Below, in pieces: positions 24,629 through 38,219 of a stretch of 64,000 nt of DNA. Source of the stretch: Octopus sinensis. Taxonomy: Eukaryota. Position 1 is the first letter of the stretch. The number at the start of each line of letters is the position of its first letter. Both the position numbers and the translations under genes were made by a program. The notes under the pieces are model-generated. The model saw only the letters and a program-made list of their open reading frames with translations. It was not told the DNA's origin and did no database searches. The DNA is taken from assembly GCF_006345805.1 (NCBI RefSeq), contig NC_043000.1, positions 51,956,001 to 52,020,000 of the forward strand, given 5' to 3'.

Positions 24629-26930
24629 TATTCCCTTTTAAGGTTTTCTTTTTTTCTTAGCGAATATCATTTTATCTCTTTTATTAGCAATGCTATTTAT
24701 ATCACCCACCTCCACGCATTGAGTTTTTTTCGTAGTTACACAATATATTTTTCGCTTGGCATCCACTTCAATTTTCTTTTTCATACGCTTATGCGCCGGG
24801 ATTCAGTCACCAGTATTGGCGTTGGTACTTGAAAAGTATCATATAACAATTCCATTGTTTCTTCCATTCTCTTGGGTTCGCTCTCAACGAATCTCTTTTT
24901 TTCAGTTGGTTCATGTGTGTCTTGTATAAGTTTTTTCTACTTTTTACCAAGTATAGCATTTTCCCTATGCGTTTGGTAATCACGCCATCTTGCCAACTCT
25001 CTTTTCCGTTCTTATATGCCCTCTCAAACACCTTTTCACAAATTTTGAAAAATCTTGCTGTATTTTCTTTTCTTGCCCAGTAACAATTTGTCGAAGACTG
25101 ATTTTATTTTCCTCGCAAACATCAGCTCCGCTGGCGTATTTAATTTGGTGTCACTCGGTATACTCTTAAGAATTTTTGTAAAGCTATCTCATCCGTGACT
25201 TCTATATTCGACTTTCTTAGAGCACTCTTGAACGTATCGACAAAGCGTTCTGCGTGTCCATTAGATCTGGGATGGAAAGGCGCCGTAGTTACATGTTCTT
25301 CCACGAAAGTTTTACAAAACTTTTTAAATTCAAAAGACACAAATAGCGTTCCCTTGTTAGACACAATCGCGTCTGGAGTGACAAATATCGCAAACAGCTC
25401 ATGTAAACATTTGTCACTGTTGAGTGGGGTTGGTTTTTGACACAAATTTCTGGCCATTTAGAGAAACTATCAACTACCACTAAGTAGTATGAATCGTTTA
25501 TAGGACCAGCAAAATCTTGACCACGGAACATCTACTTTTGGCCAAGGTTCACTTTTTATCGTGGATATTTTTTTCGCGAACGGTGCATTCTGTTTTGGCT
25601 TAAATACAGGTACTGCACTTTGTTTTACTGCAATTTTTGTTTTTACTTTCGTGCAATAACCCAGTTCCGCCGAGAAAACATCTGGAAATAAATATTTTAT
25701 TTATCATTTCAGTCCCTCAGCGTCATTCGAATCTTCGACTGAATCGACTCAAAACATCCCACTCAAAACATTTATGGGCGCATCCCACAATTTGAATAGT
25801 TCCACCCATTCTGTGCCGAATAGATCAACTGAATATTTTAGCACGTATGTTTTGCCTTTTTCATTTGGTCACGAAATATTACGTTACAAACAAATTCGCC
25901 AACAAAATACAATCTATTACTCGTAAAATCATGTGCGACTTTTGTAGATTTCATTAATTTCGGTTTACCGACATACTTCCAAGTTTTTTCATTTACAATG
26001 GTAATATCATTTTCAGTGTCTAACTGCATTTTTAATCTTCTATTTCTAATTTTCAGGTTTACGAATTTTTTCTTCGTTGCATTACCATTCTCTTTCGATT
26101 GCACACTGTTTACTCTTTCCTTTGTTCCAACGTTTTGTCATCTTAGTTTTACAGTGCGCTTTTACATGTCCAATTTTTCTACAACGGAAATATTCCGCTT
26201 TCTTAAATGGACAGTTTTTCCTCAGGTGTAGAATTCCACATGCAAAACATGGTTTTTTTTCTCATTCTTGTCCTGCTTGTACTGTATTTTAGTACACACT
26301 TCATTTCTTTTCTGCTTATTTCTCACTTGTTTCACTTGGGAGCAATCTTTATGTTCAGTTTTCTCTGTCATGTCTTAAATTTACTATTCTTTCACATTCT
26401 TCTGACACTTGTTGCAGGGTTACGGCTTGATTTTGTCCCAGTTTAGCGAGAATTTCTGTCCTTACATCTGCTATTAGTCCTTGAGTAAATATCAGGCACT
26501 AGAACATACCTGGCGTTGATTCGTCCAGCTTGAACTTTTCACATTCCCTGTTAACTCTACCAGCATATGTGATGTAGTCTCCCTCGTTGTTCTTTTCTAG
26601 GTTCAAACATTTCCAACGTGTATTGAACAACGAGCTTTTCTCACTAAACATTTTACACAATATGTCCATTGTATCTTTAAAGTTTATGTCAGCAGGTTTT
26701 TTCGGAACTACGTAATTGCTGTAACGCCCATGATCTCCTGTCGCCAGTTTTTACCAATATAACTCCGTGTGGTGTGTTCAGCGGTTATATTTGAATAACG
26801 TTTCTTCCTGTAGAATCCAAAAGTGGCCTCTTTTTAATTAGATTTGCTCACCATTTTGTATACCTTCATAAGAAAGTTTCGGATCTCTTTATAACTCATT
26901 TTACAGGAAGAATTCAGCTCACCAACTGAT
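24445..26930 (-). mobile_element. Ty3/Gypsy LTR retrotransposon, internally deleted (gag-protease-integrase), degraded
   Basis: Gag (PKKPADINFKDTMDILCKMFSEKSSLFNTRWKCLNL), protease (KMQLDTENDITIV) and integrase (DFAGP...YLVVVDSFSKWPE; TTAPFHPRSNGHAERFVDTFK). PBS-like TGGTGAGC near 26920. Confidence 0.9.
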
Positions 26931-27301
26931 CTAATCATGAGCTTAAAGCTTTTTATGGTTGCTGGGATCCAAAATTGAGAAATATGAAATTGATGGCTCA
27001 AAACATATTCCTATACATGCCTACACACAAATTTCACACAATGTATGCATACATTTAAATACACACACACACACATTTTTGGTTTGACTTTTTATCTTAT
27101 ATTAAACTTTTTAATACTTTTTGATAAATAAAAATTATAAATATGAATTAATAATTTTAATTTTAAATAATTTAAATTTTAAAATTTTATATATTTTGTA
27201 TATTATATTTTTATTTTTATGTTTTGGTTTATGTTTTTCACTGTTTGATTTGCATAATAGTGGTTTTATCTCTAACTTATATATATATATATTGTAGGCT
27301 T

Positions 27302-27349
27302 AACTGATGAGGCAACGGAAATTGCGAAACTGAATCCTCAATCGGTATT
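27302..27349 (+). ncRNA. Type I hammerhead candidate with intact core, weak stem I
   Basis: CUGAUGA-G-GCAA(CGGAAA)UUGC-GAAA-CUGA...UCGG-UA; stem I only about 2 bp. Confidence 0.5.
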
Positions 27350-28087
27350 TTTCTGACAATTGTGGTCCCTGTTAGTGTATGTGTTTTCATCCATATGTTA
27401 ACTACAGCATTAGAACATTTTAGCTCTTATTTCTAGCAGAGTAATTTTTTTAACATCCTAGTCACATTTAGTCACATAAGCGTATGAGAACTGAAAAAGA
27501 CACAATTCTTGAGGACGTAGTGATGAAATGGATTATCCATTAAGGATTATAGTGTATCAAAGTCTAATGTTGAAATATCTAAAATTGTGCTGCTTAGCTA
27601 CCTAAACACATAAGTATCAAGAATTTTGAAGCTTGTGATAAGTTGTTATGATTTAAAAATCGCCATGAAATGAGTAAAAAAGTTCACTCATGAAGAAGTA
27701 GGCAGCATGCCAACAGAAGAAAACGATCTCTGAGAAATATTTTCCATCGATTGTTATACAGGGCGGGGCCGTGGACCTTTGAAACGCCAGAATAGTATGA
27801 GTATTGGGTTGTAATTACCTCATGCGTGCAAAATTGGTTAGGTTGTCAGAGACATGAATCCTAAAATATTTGAATAGCGACAGAAACCAATTATTAGTAT
27901 TTCAAATACATTTAATACGCACGTTTCTAGTGGTTACACAATTATCCACTTCTCTCGGTTATTTCAAGCCAAATACTAAGGAAAAGGGGTCACTATGTAA
28001 CTCCTCGTTACATAAGCACTTCATGCGTAATATTTAAATGCATTCGAATTACAGATAATTAGTTTCTGTCTGTATGTCTGTCATATA

Positions 28088-28124
<37 letters not shown>

Positions 28125-29169
28125 ATATTTATTTGGATTTATTTGCGTTAGCCTTGGAAGAGAATTCAGTATGTTGGATCTCGACTACGATTATTCAATT
28201 GTTAGATAAACCGAGTTACCTGTCACTGAGCTAACGTGTACATAGCTGAGCATTTCACAGACATATTTCAGGCAGAATGAGAGTGACTGTGTGTGACAAG
28301 TTTGTATAGTTTTGCATCAAAGCGAAGGAAAAAGAAAACAATGTGTGTATGTGTGCATGTGCGGTTGTGTGTGTATGCATTCAAATATTACATACACATG
28401 TGTAAATGTGTGCATACACGCAAACATTTGTCTGTGATAGTTATAGACCCTCACGTTTATACATGCAGAAATGAGCATGTTTACGGATGCTTAAGTTAGT
28501 TCATACAGACCCTTGCATATAGCATACATATACACATAGTTACATATTTTATGTCTAAATTTCAATGGGAAAACCCACCAAAAACTAGCTTCTGGATTGG
28601 AAAGCTGCTTTCTATCAGCGAGAAATCATTAAAAAGATGCAACCTGAACATATTCAGTCATATCGAAATACACACATACGAAGAAGAAGATGAGAGACTG
28701 ATAGTTAAATAGATATGCAGATAAATAAAGGGTGACTGAAAGTGACAGTGTAACGCAGACAAAGAGATATTCCAGATGAAATTTTTAGAGAGAGAGAGAG
28801 AGAGAATCTGTAATAATTAGTTCCTAATACTAGAAAAAAAGTCGATTCATGATAAGGTTGATTAATGAATATATACATGTGTGCATGTGTGTGTGTGTAC
28901 GTGTGGGGAGTGTCTGTGTGGGTGTGAGAAAATGTATAACTCATTTTCCGCTGCTTGCGACACAAAAGAAAAAAAAATACACTATATTAATGAAGGAAGA
29001 AATAACACAATCTATTCAAAAACTGAGAAATATAATTAAAGAATTGTTCTGCCTTTCTATGAAAAAATGTCGATGAATATTTTGAAAAACAAAAGCAAAA
29101 ATAAAAAAAAGTTAAACTAAAACAATAATTACTATAGGTTGATATTAGATAACGCTAATTAGCGGAGTA

Positions 29170-29400
29170 TCCAGTAATCGAAATAATGCAGTTCATTGTT
29201 GCAATTTCTTTAGCATTCTTTGAACTATAATAAGCCACTTGAATTAGAGAGCAAGGGTAGTCTTCTGAGAAGCTGCCAGGAAAGTTATTTCTGTTCTTGG
29301 TTGCAATATTTAGTTATCTTACATCGCAAGTACTCTTGTCAGGGGTTACACACATCGTCGCAAACCATTTCTTCTTTCTCTTGAAATGCATAGTCGTTGA
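29170..29400 (-). pseudogene. Old RTE-like LINE APE endonuclease fragment
   Basis: LIIVQ...NAK resembles ILIVQGDWNAKVG. Nucleotide similarity to 38270-38340 (ttgaactataa..ccacttga..tgagaag). Confidence 0.4.
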
Positions 29401-29894
29401 ACCAAATTAAAATCAACCAACATTTATCATTGTAAAATAGGGTCAGTCAAGCGCAGACAGCTAGATATAGATAATTGCATCTACGATATTTGATGTCATT
29501 TAACACTTAGTCCTGTACATGTTATATTATTCTTCATTACCTGCACCTTAGCTGCGCATATACAAGAGTCATAACATTCAACCTCAAACCATGAAAATAT
29601 TAGCCGGAGTCACTATACGTATCCGGAAAACCACCTGCTGCATCTTTTCTCGTCTTGGAGAATACGCTGCATCAAGTGGAAGGTACTGTGTTTATGTAAT
29701 TCAAAGATGTCCCAAGGTTGATCTGCCTGTTGTAGTTAAATGCTCATACACAGACATGCAGGAAGTAAATACCTTTAATTTCCAATATTTCTGATCTAAG
29801 CATCTTAATATGTTTTTCTATGTGTAGAATTTACAATGTAATTATTTTTTTATATTCCAGGTGCCATTATATTAAACATTTGCGAAGAGTAACC

Positions 29895-30854
29895 ATGCCA
29901 CGCACAAAAAATTCAGCAGAACTGCCAGGTTTTCAAAGAGGTCGTGTCATTGGGCAATCTGAGGCTGATCTTAGCCAGCGAAAAATTGCCGAAAATCTTC
30001 AAATTCCACTTGCTGCTGTTAAAAGAATTATAGTGCAATTCAAAAGCCAAGGAAAAAAAATCAACAGATTCTCGTCCCGGCCGACCTGGGCCCTCGGAAA
30101 GGAGGTTTCGCTGTTTGAAAAGAATTGTGGAAAACGAACCTCTTTCGAAGGTTTCTGACATTGCAAAGTCCAAGAACGTGTGTTACATATTTGCATAAGC
30201 TTGTGTATTATGGACGTGCAGCTATGAAAAGAAAGAAATGAGCTAAGGAGATGTCAGAAAAATCCAGTTCATTTTGGGATAGAGTGATTTTCTCAGATGA
30301 ATCCAGATTTGTACTATTTTTAGACAATGGACATGTTTGGGTCTGGAGGCTTCCCAATCAAGAATTTGATTCGAAACGACTCCAACCAACTGTAAAACAT
30401 GGTGTTATCTCTGTAATGGTATGGAGAGCTGTCACCAGCAATGGTCGTTCTGAGCTGATCGAATGTGTTGGAACCATAAACTCTGAAAAATACATCGAAA
30501 TACTTAAGTAAGGACTACGATAACATAATGAAAAATGAGTTTTTATTTATGGAAGATGGGGCTCCCTGCCACACAGTGAAAAGGAATCAACAATGGTTGA
30601 CTGAAAATGGGATCAAAAAGCTTCTTTGGCCGAGCCAGTCTCCTGACATGAACTCAATTGAAAATCTTTGGAGCATACTAGATAGAGCTATACGAAAAAC
30701 TCCACAGAAACCTAAATCTAAAGATGAATTGTTTCGATTGTTACGTAAAAAGTGGACAGAAATTCCACAAGAGACAATCACAAAGCTCATCGGTTCAATG
30801 CCAAAAAGAGTTTCTGCATTAAAAACTGCAAAGGGAATGTTAACTAAATACTAA
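29895..30854 (+). mobile_element. Tc1 transposase (DD34E) pseudogene
   Basis: HTH region MPRTKNSAEL...SQRKIAENL; VIFSDESRF; FMEDGAPCH...WPSQSPDMNSIENLW with 34 residues between D and E. Frameshifts, a stop and an internal deletion. Confidence 0.93.
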
Positions 30855-30914
30855 AGTATGTAGTCCTATCTATCATTACATTTCAATTGTATACAGCTAA
30901 ATGTGTTCGTGGGG

Positions 30915-31260
30915 GAATCATTACTAATCGTTTGAATGACTTTCTTTTGGATGTGATCGAAAAAGTTTTGTGTGTGACAGCAGCAGCTGCAATGTCCCAG
31001 ATGTAGGAGCAGTATGGAAGACTAGGTCAGACTTGTGCTTAAAGAGAATCTGTAATTCATTTGAGCAAAAGAGTTTTCTGTCTGTGTAAGATGGCCAGTC
31101 TTTAGGACGAGATATTTGCAATGTTATAAGATTTAAACCACTACGATAGATACTAGTGATTATAAGGCCTAATATTTGTAGCGTGTTGTCCAGGTCGAGA
31201 AAGGTGCGGTATAATGTGGTTTCAGCGATATTCGCAGTTACTGTTCTTTGCATCTATGAA
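30915..31260 (-). pseudogene. CR1/L2-group LINE C-terminal fragment
   Basis: Frameshifted translation AQV*PSLPYCSYIW...KLFDHIQKKVI matches KAQVRPxLEYCSHIW...LLDRIQKKA. Confidence 0.6.
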
Positions 31261-31719
31261 GGAGGTAAAAATTATGATTGAGAAATATTTTCAGGGCCTA
31301 TGCTCAAATGAGGTGTGAAAATTTGAGTTTGCATGTTATAAATACTTGTGTGCAGGCAGTAAAGAGTGATACAATCTGTATAGATGTTATTTGACTTCAG
31401 ATTAGTTTTGATTAAGCAAAAATATGATCAAAGAAAACCCATGTTTGACCGCTTAAGGCGTTTTTTCCCTTCGTGCGAGGAATTTGAATCATATTATCTA
31501 ATGTAGTTTCTATGACGGTAGAGTTTGATTTCAAGGAGATTTGGCACTTGTATCTAGGAGGTCGAGAGACTCCACCTCGCTTAGTCGGATCTATTGCGTG
31601 GCTCTTGTATGCAGCTTGATGTTTTAGTGCGCCGCGGATGGTTTAACTCAGTGTGTTTCAAAAGTCACTATTGATTTTATCAGTTTCTGTCTTACGAAAT
31701 CACAATTCTTTCAACTATA

Positions 31720-32406
31720 GACACAAGGCCTGAATCTTGGGCAGGGTTTAATCGATCACATCGACTCCAGTACTCGATTATTAATTTTGTCTACCCCTAA
31801 AGGATGAAGATGAAAAACTCTTGGCTGCATATGAACCCAGAACGTAAAGTGCCGGAGGAAATGTCGCTAAGCATGTCGTACCACTTGCTAAGGAATGTAC
31901 CAACTCGTTGTCTATCATAAATCTCATAATAATTGCCGTAATATATTCTATTAACGTTTATCTCCCTTGGTTGCTATATAATTAAATAATATATATATTT
32001 CTTTACTACCCACATGGAGCTAAACACAGAGGGGACAATCAAGGACAGACAAACGGATTAAGTCAATTACATCGACCCAGTGCGTAACTGGTACTTTATC
32101 GATCTCGAGAGGATGAAAGGCAAGTCGACCTCGGCGGATTTGAACTCAGAACGTAACGACAGACGAAATACCTATTTCTTTATTACCCACAAGGGGCTAA
32201 ACATAGAGGGGACAAACAAGGACATACATGGGTATTAAGTCGATTACATCGATCCCAGTGCGTAACTGGTACTTAATTTATCGACCCCGAAAGGATGAAA
32301 GGTAAAGTCGACCTCGGCGGAATTTGAACTCACAACGTAACGACAGACGAAATACCGCTAAGCATTTCGCCCGGCGCGCTAACGTTTCTGTCAGCTCGCC
32401 GCCTTA
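31720..32406 (-). mobile_element. Cluster of SINE family B copies (degenerate 31720-31900, partial 31996-32160, full 32170-32406)
   Basis: Repeated gtcgattacatcga.cccagtgcgtaactggtactt and gtcgacctcggcgga.tttgaactca. Confidence 0.85.
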
Positions 32407-34548
32407 TATAATTAAATAATATATATGTAAATAAAAATGATTTGATATTAAGCGCAGAAAATAATTATAACTAAGAAAATCTGTTTATGAACCAAGATAT
32501 TTTTCTTCCATTTTTCTCTTAGCTAAAACTCTAGTGTTAACAGAACTATTAGATCATATATCGCCTGCAAAATCTCTGCCTGCTCAGCAGTGTTGCGTGA
32601 CAATTTCGATAATTAGTTAAATTACCTGTTTGTGTATAAAAGAAAATATTGAAGCAAAAATATCTTTTTTTTTCAAAATTGTTCGGTGCCGTATGTAAAT
32701 AACTGTATTTAAAAATAAAACGGTTTTCTATATTTTAAGTTTATTTTATCATTTAGATAAGATAAATATGTTTACCGTTATTATCGACTGCACGGATACA
32801 CATGTGGCAATATGAACATCAAAGATAGTAAAGGGATTTATTTTGTGGCACCATACTAGCCAAATGATTAAGTTGGACCGATATTAGAAATCTAGAAATT
32901 TGTGTTCTTGATTTTTGTTTTGAAAGCAAAAGTTAAACGAATAAAACCATAAAAACCACAACCTGGAAACAAATGGCTGACAGTCGATTATAAGACAAAC
33001 AAGTGTTTTCTAAAGGTACTATTATACGGTCGATCTACATGCTAGAAATACCATCAAAATCTCCCTTGATTCAGACAATTGAATCAGAAAAGAGTACATA
33101 TGCTCCTGCGTTAGCTGTAATTAGAAAAAAGACAGGATGATCACGGCTGGAATTCCTTTCATAGTTTTGCTCGATCAGGGTTGATCTGGGGCTTAACATT
33201 AAAATCAAAAGGAAACGAAATTTCTACACGGTAGCTCATCATACTAGAAATAGTAGCCAATCACAACCGATTGTCTTTAAAATAATAAATATGGATGGGC
33301 GCAGCAGATAGTACAGTCCGAGATATATTTGAAATACAAATCAATAATATTGTCCTAGAAATTCTACACCTGAAAATACGACGAAGTAACTATTTCTACT
33401 AAGCTGGATATATGCTTTCAAAGGAACAAAGATGATGTATAAAACAACAATAAAAATAATGAGTTCTATTTTAAAAGCAAATTAACATTTAAGGCACGAA
33501 TTGGTAGGGTTATTAAAGTGTCGAATATAAAGGTTTGGAAGAACCGCTATGCTCTAAGAGTTGGTGGTATCAAATCATGGACATTTATGAAGAAATATGT
33601 GAACTTCTTTTACATGCCCCTTCTTACTAGAAATTGAAAAGTATTCGCTGTAGGATTTTATGTCAGAGAATAATTTCTTTCTGTAGACTGTATGTAAAAA
33701 CATAGATCCAAGGGACGTCACAAGACTACCAAACACGGTGTTTTGGCATGATCTTTACCTTTTGAGTGGTAGATTCTGTAACGGGCGCTTGGAGTTAAGT
33801 TAAGACTTTAGTTTTGATGATGTATTCTGAAACTTGCTTGTTTTAACTAATTTAGTTCAAACACAGGTGTGCTGCATTTAATTTATGAAGAAGTGAAAGA
33901 ATAAAAGAAATATGGATAACACCAGGCATATTCGAGTGTTTAATAAGTTTCTACTAAGGGAAAACAATTCGTCAAAGTAACCTTAATGGCGTCGCTTGAA
34001 TTAATAGTTCTGAATTTATTAAGTTTGTAAAAAATATGGGAAGGTGACAGAACGGTTTTCATCATGTCTGCCTGATAGAAGGTAACTTAGATCTAAGTAA
34101 GACCAGCAACTAAGGAAAAGACTGCTAAAACTGTATCTTCATAATCAAGAGTAAAGTGCGGAAGCAATATGCAAAGTTATCAATTCAATAAAAAACTTTA
34201 GTCGCCAAAATATTCTACAGAAAAAAATTAAAATTCTTTGACAAGTCATGATCTTATTTCTTATGCAATTCCTAATTTTAGTTCATAGATATCAATTTTA
34301 AAAAAAAATCATCTATACTTATCTCCTATATGTCTTTAAGCAATAATATCTAAATATCTCTCTCCCGCTGTCTATCTAACGGTCGACTTATTTTTAACTT
34401 GAATCCGTATCACTTTTATAATTTTTACAAAGAAAAACAATACATATTCCCCTAATCTAGTTTTTCTTAGAATCCAATTATCTGTTTCCTGCTTAAAAGA
34501 TTCTTATGTACATTTACACAACATATTCGCAAACTTTCTGGTTGTATA

Positions 34549-34790
34549 TTTGGTTGGTACATACTTATTGCGGCGTTTTTCAACAAATTTTATTCAACTA
34601 AAACAATAACAACATGTAATAAAAACATCTTTGATTATTCCGGAGCATATTCACCATCTACTTCAATTACTGCTTCCCATTTGTTTGGCAGACGGTCAGA
34701 CCGTCATTTAAAGATGTTTTTGTTAAATATTGTTATTGTTTTTGTTGAATAAAATTTGTTGAAAAAAAGCCGCAATAATTATGCACCAAC

Positions 34791-34794
<4 letters not shown>
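34549..34794. mobile_element. Mariner-derived MITE with about 95 bp inverted arms
   Basis: Ends tttggttggtacatacttattgcggc / gccgcaataattatgcaccaacccaa, TA flanks, Hsmar1-like TIR. The centre (-) encodes RLPNKWEAVIEVDGEY, a mariner C-terminus. Confidence 0.85.
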
Positions 34795-34845
<51 letters not shown>

Positions 34846-34849
34846 GCTA

Positions 34850-35040
34850 CTCCAAACATGAACAAGGAGAAAACACAACAACGCGAGGACGTAGAACAAA
34901 TATAGTGTTATTGGACGCTCAGGAAAGGAAAGAAGGGGGATTTAACGTTTCGAGCGGAGCTCTTCGTCAGAAACATAGAAAAAGGAAAGGTCCAAGGAAG
35001 GAAGTCGGAGAAAGAAAATCGCCAACGATACACACGCGGT
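34850..35040 (-). mobile_element. Family X short element
   Basis: Homologous to 11500-11655 and 22450-22640; bounded by (TA)n and (CA)n. Confidence 0.7.
34940..34974 (-). ncRNA. Minimal type I hammerhead ribozyme (dimer type)
   Basis: GUUU-CUGACGA-A-GAGC(UCC)GCUC-GAAA-CG-UU-AAAU: stem III is the palindrome ACGU, GUU site. Confidence 0.7.
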
Positions 35041-35043
35041 CGA

Positions 35044-35116
<73 letters not shown>

Positions 35117-35510
35117 AAACATACATGCACACACAGTGTTATGCTAAGAAGTAGTGCATGGTACCGGAGTTTTCGACTAGTTAAACATAAACTACTCCAA
35201 ATCGTCGTTAGAGTATCCACACAAGTGAGATTTGGGCCATTTTGTTTGTCCTGGCATCGAGTCGTATTAATTTTAACAATAAAGTCAAATCAAATACTGA
35301 TATTTTGAAATGATTTGATACACACGTTTCAGATCCGTATAATACATAATAGAAAATGCATACGTTTCGTGAGATCTTCCTCAGTTAAAACACTTTGAAA
35401 TATGAACGAGTTTATGAAGCTTTTTCAGATTAAATAAGTTAGCTACTAAGTTAAAGAAATATATACAGAAATACGTACCTATGCCTACAGATACAAACAC
35501 ACGCATAAAT

Positions 35511-35859
35511 AGGCACAGGCATGGCTGTGTGGCTAAGAAGTCGCGTTGGAACTTTGTACTTTCGGTTTCAATCTGCGTGGTAACTTATGTAGACTAGGAC
35601 CGACCAGTGTCTTGTGAATGAATTTGGTAGACGGAAATTAAGTTTATATAAGTGTGTGTGTTTGTGCTAATGTTTTTGTACTTGTCCTCCTCGCTACCAC
35701 TCCACTGCCTCTGTTGGTTTGTTTGGGCTCTCCTAACTTTGGCAGTTCAGCAAAAGAAGCCGTTAGAATAAGTACCAGATTTAAAATTAAGCATTCGTAT
35801 AGTTTTGTTCGACTAAAACCACCAAGGTGGTGCTGCAGCGTGGCCATAATACGATGACA

Positions 35860-35860
<1 letters not shown>
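35511..35860 (+). mobile_element. SINE family A, diverged copy
   Basis: ggcatggctgtgtggctaagaag, gaatttggtagacggaaa, agaataagtaccag. Confidence 0.7.
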
Positions 35861-35907
<47 letters not shown>

Positions 35908-35952
35908 TATATATATATATACACACATATTTTTATGCATATATATATATAT

Positions 35953-36325
35953 GGCGTAGGAGTGGCTGTGTGGTAAGTAGCTTGCTTACGAACTACATGG
36001 TTCCGGGTTCAGTCCCACTGCGTGGCACCTTGGGTAAGTGTCTTCTGCTCTAGCCGCGGGCCGACCAAAGCCTTCTGAGTGGATTTGGTTGACGGAAACT
36101 GAAAGAAGCCCGTCGTATATATGTATATATATATATGTGTATGTTTGTGTGTTGTGTTTGCCCCCCTACCCCCAACATCGCTTGACAACCGATGGTGGTG
36201 TGTTTACGTACCCGTAACTTAGCGGTTCGGCAAAAGAGACTGATAAAATAAGTCCTGGGGTCGATTTCCTCGACTAAAGGCGGTGCTCCAGCATGGCCAC
36301 AGTCAAATGACTGAAACAAGTAAAT
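35953..36325 (+). mobile_element. SINE family A, full-length
   Basis: Near-consensus match to the 2435 copy. Confidence 0.88.
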
Positions 36326-36352
36326 GAATAAATGAATATACACATATTTTCA

Positions 36353-36383
<31 letters not shown>

Positions 36384-36622
36384 CTACACATGCATATACA
36401 CCCACATAAATTTTTAGATGAACACATGTCCATGTTTTCGCGAACAAAATGAAAAAATTATTATGAATGAGCTGTATCAACTCAATCTTTCAACCAGCCA
36501 ACAGCATTAGGCTTCTCAGAAGCCACCGCCCACACCAAATATGTGTCTTTGAAATTTGATAGATGATCGTATTTGATAGACGCACAAGGTTAAGTTCCCA
36601 CTTTATTACGAGTGTTATACGC

Positions 36623-36701
<79 letters not shown>

Positions 36702-37769
36702 CACACATACGCAAGCATGCAAACATATCTAGGTTGCTATGGTGAGATTTATAAAGGCAAGGAAGATGCCGCTCCTTCCTTCGAGTTTTATAATCGCTTC
36801 TTCGATACATAGTTTTTTTTTTAGGTACCCACAGCCAGGTTCATCTCGATAAATCTATCATTGGTAGCTAGTTTTTAAATTTATATTATCTTTTTTCTCC
36901 TTTTCCATTCTCTAGATCTCTGCTAAAGATATTTTTAAAGAAACTATTGAATCAATGAAACCAGTGATAAGCAATTCTCATGAGATCATGATTCTAAGAA
37001 AGTAGATTTGATTATCAATTTTTTCCCGAGCAAACAAAAACACAAAAAAAAAACCCTAACAAAACAAAATGATTAAAAATAAGTCAACATACTTTCTTGG
37101 CTTTATTATTACGAGTATTATTATCATTTTGCTAATATTTCTTTCATAAAAATTATTGAATATTCCAGAGAGAATGTATACAAAGATTATTTCAGATGCA
37201 GTGTTGAATTATTGAAATTATCATCAATAATTATGCATATCCTTTCAGCACGCGTTAAAGAATAACAATGCTGTTTAAATGGCAAAAACATTTGTTTATA
37301 TGCGCGAGCACCAGCATGAGCATGTGCGCATGCACGCAAACACACATGTACGTACATACATATACAATGACTTCATCGCATGCACAATCATGTAGCAATC
37401 CACTTACAGGTGTTACTTCAAACATAATGTATCAGGATCTCAGGTCGTTGCATTCTGTAATGGGCAGAAAATCCTTCGACGAACACTTAATGTAACTTAT
37501 GTCAATTTACATATCGAGGGAAGAAATATTGGGTTATCCTATAACTAACGTCATTTATGCATCAAGAGTTTATGGAGGAGAGTATATTTTCATCATAAAC
37601 ATTATATATCGCAGAATACATTCTTCAATTCCTATTAATGCTAACTACTTGAAAGCTTTTTCATGCAGCGTTTATGAATTTCAAACGCGCTCTTATAATA
37701 GTGAATATACTCTAACATAATGGAGCATACTTTTAATCAAAGAGAGATTTTGTTTTAGTTTTAAACTTA

Positions 37770-37804
<35 letters not shown>

Positions 37805-38219
37805 TGTGAAACCAGCAGTTTTTGTGGGATAGTGTTAGATATTTCAAAATCTATTAAATCTTCTGTACCCTATCAGACACCACTATCTACATCACATCCA
37901 TAAATTCTCTATTGATGTTAAGAGTAGCATGTTTTATCATCCATTACTTTTATAAAATGACTGTCACACGAAGCAACGCTTGATACTGAAGAGTGAAAAT
38001 AATCATGGTGTTATCCGCATGTTTTGTAAGATTTCCTAATAAAAAATAATATAGTGATTGTGGGTTGCAGAATCTCTAAAAGATGAGGTATATAATTTCC
38101 CGGGCCATCAATTCAACAAAGGCAGAACAACTGTTCCAAAACGTCGCTAACTGAAGAACGTTAATATTTTAAACACCCTTGCTCTCTTTTATATATCTAA
38201 ACCCAAGCTTTACAACACC

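Noticed and set aside
33690-33810. Open frame after a pyrimidine tract (TVCKNIDPRDVTRL...)
   Set aside because: No convincing donor and no recognisable homology.
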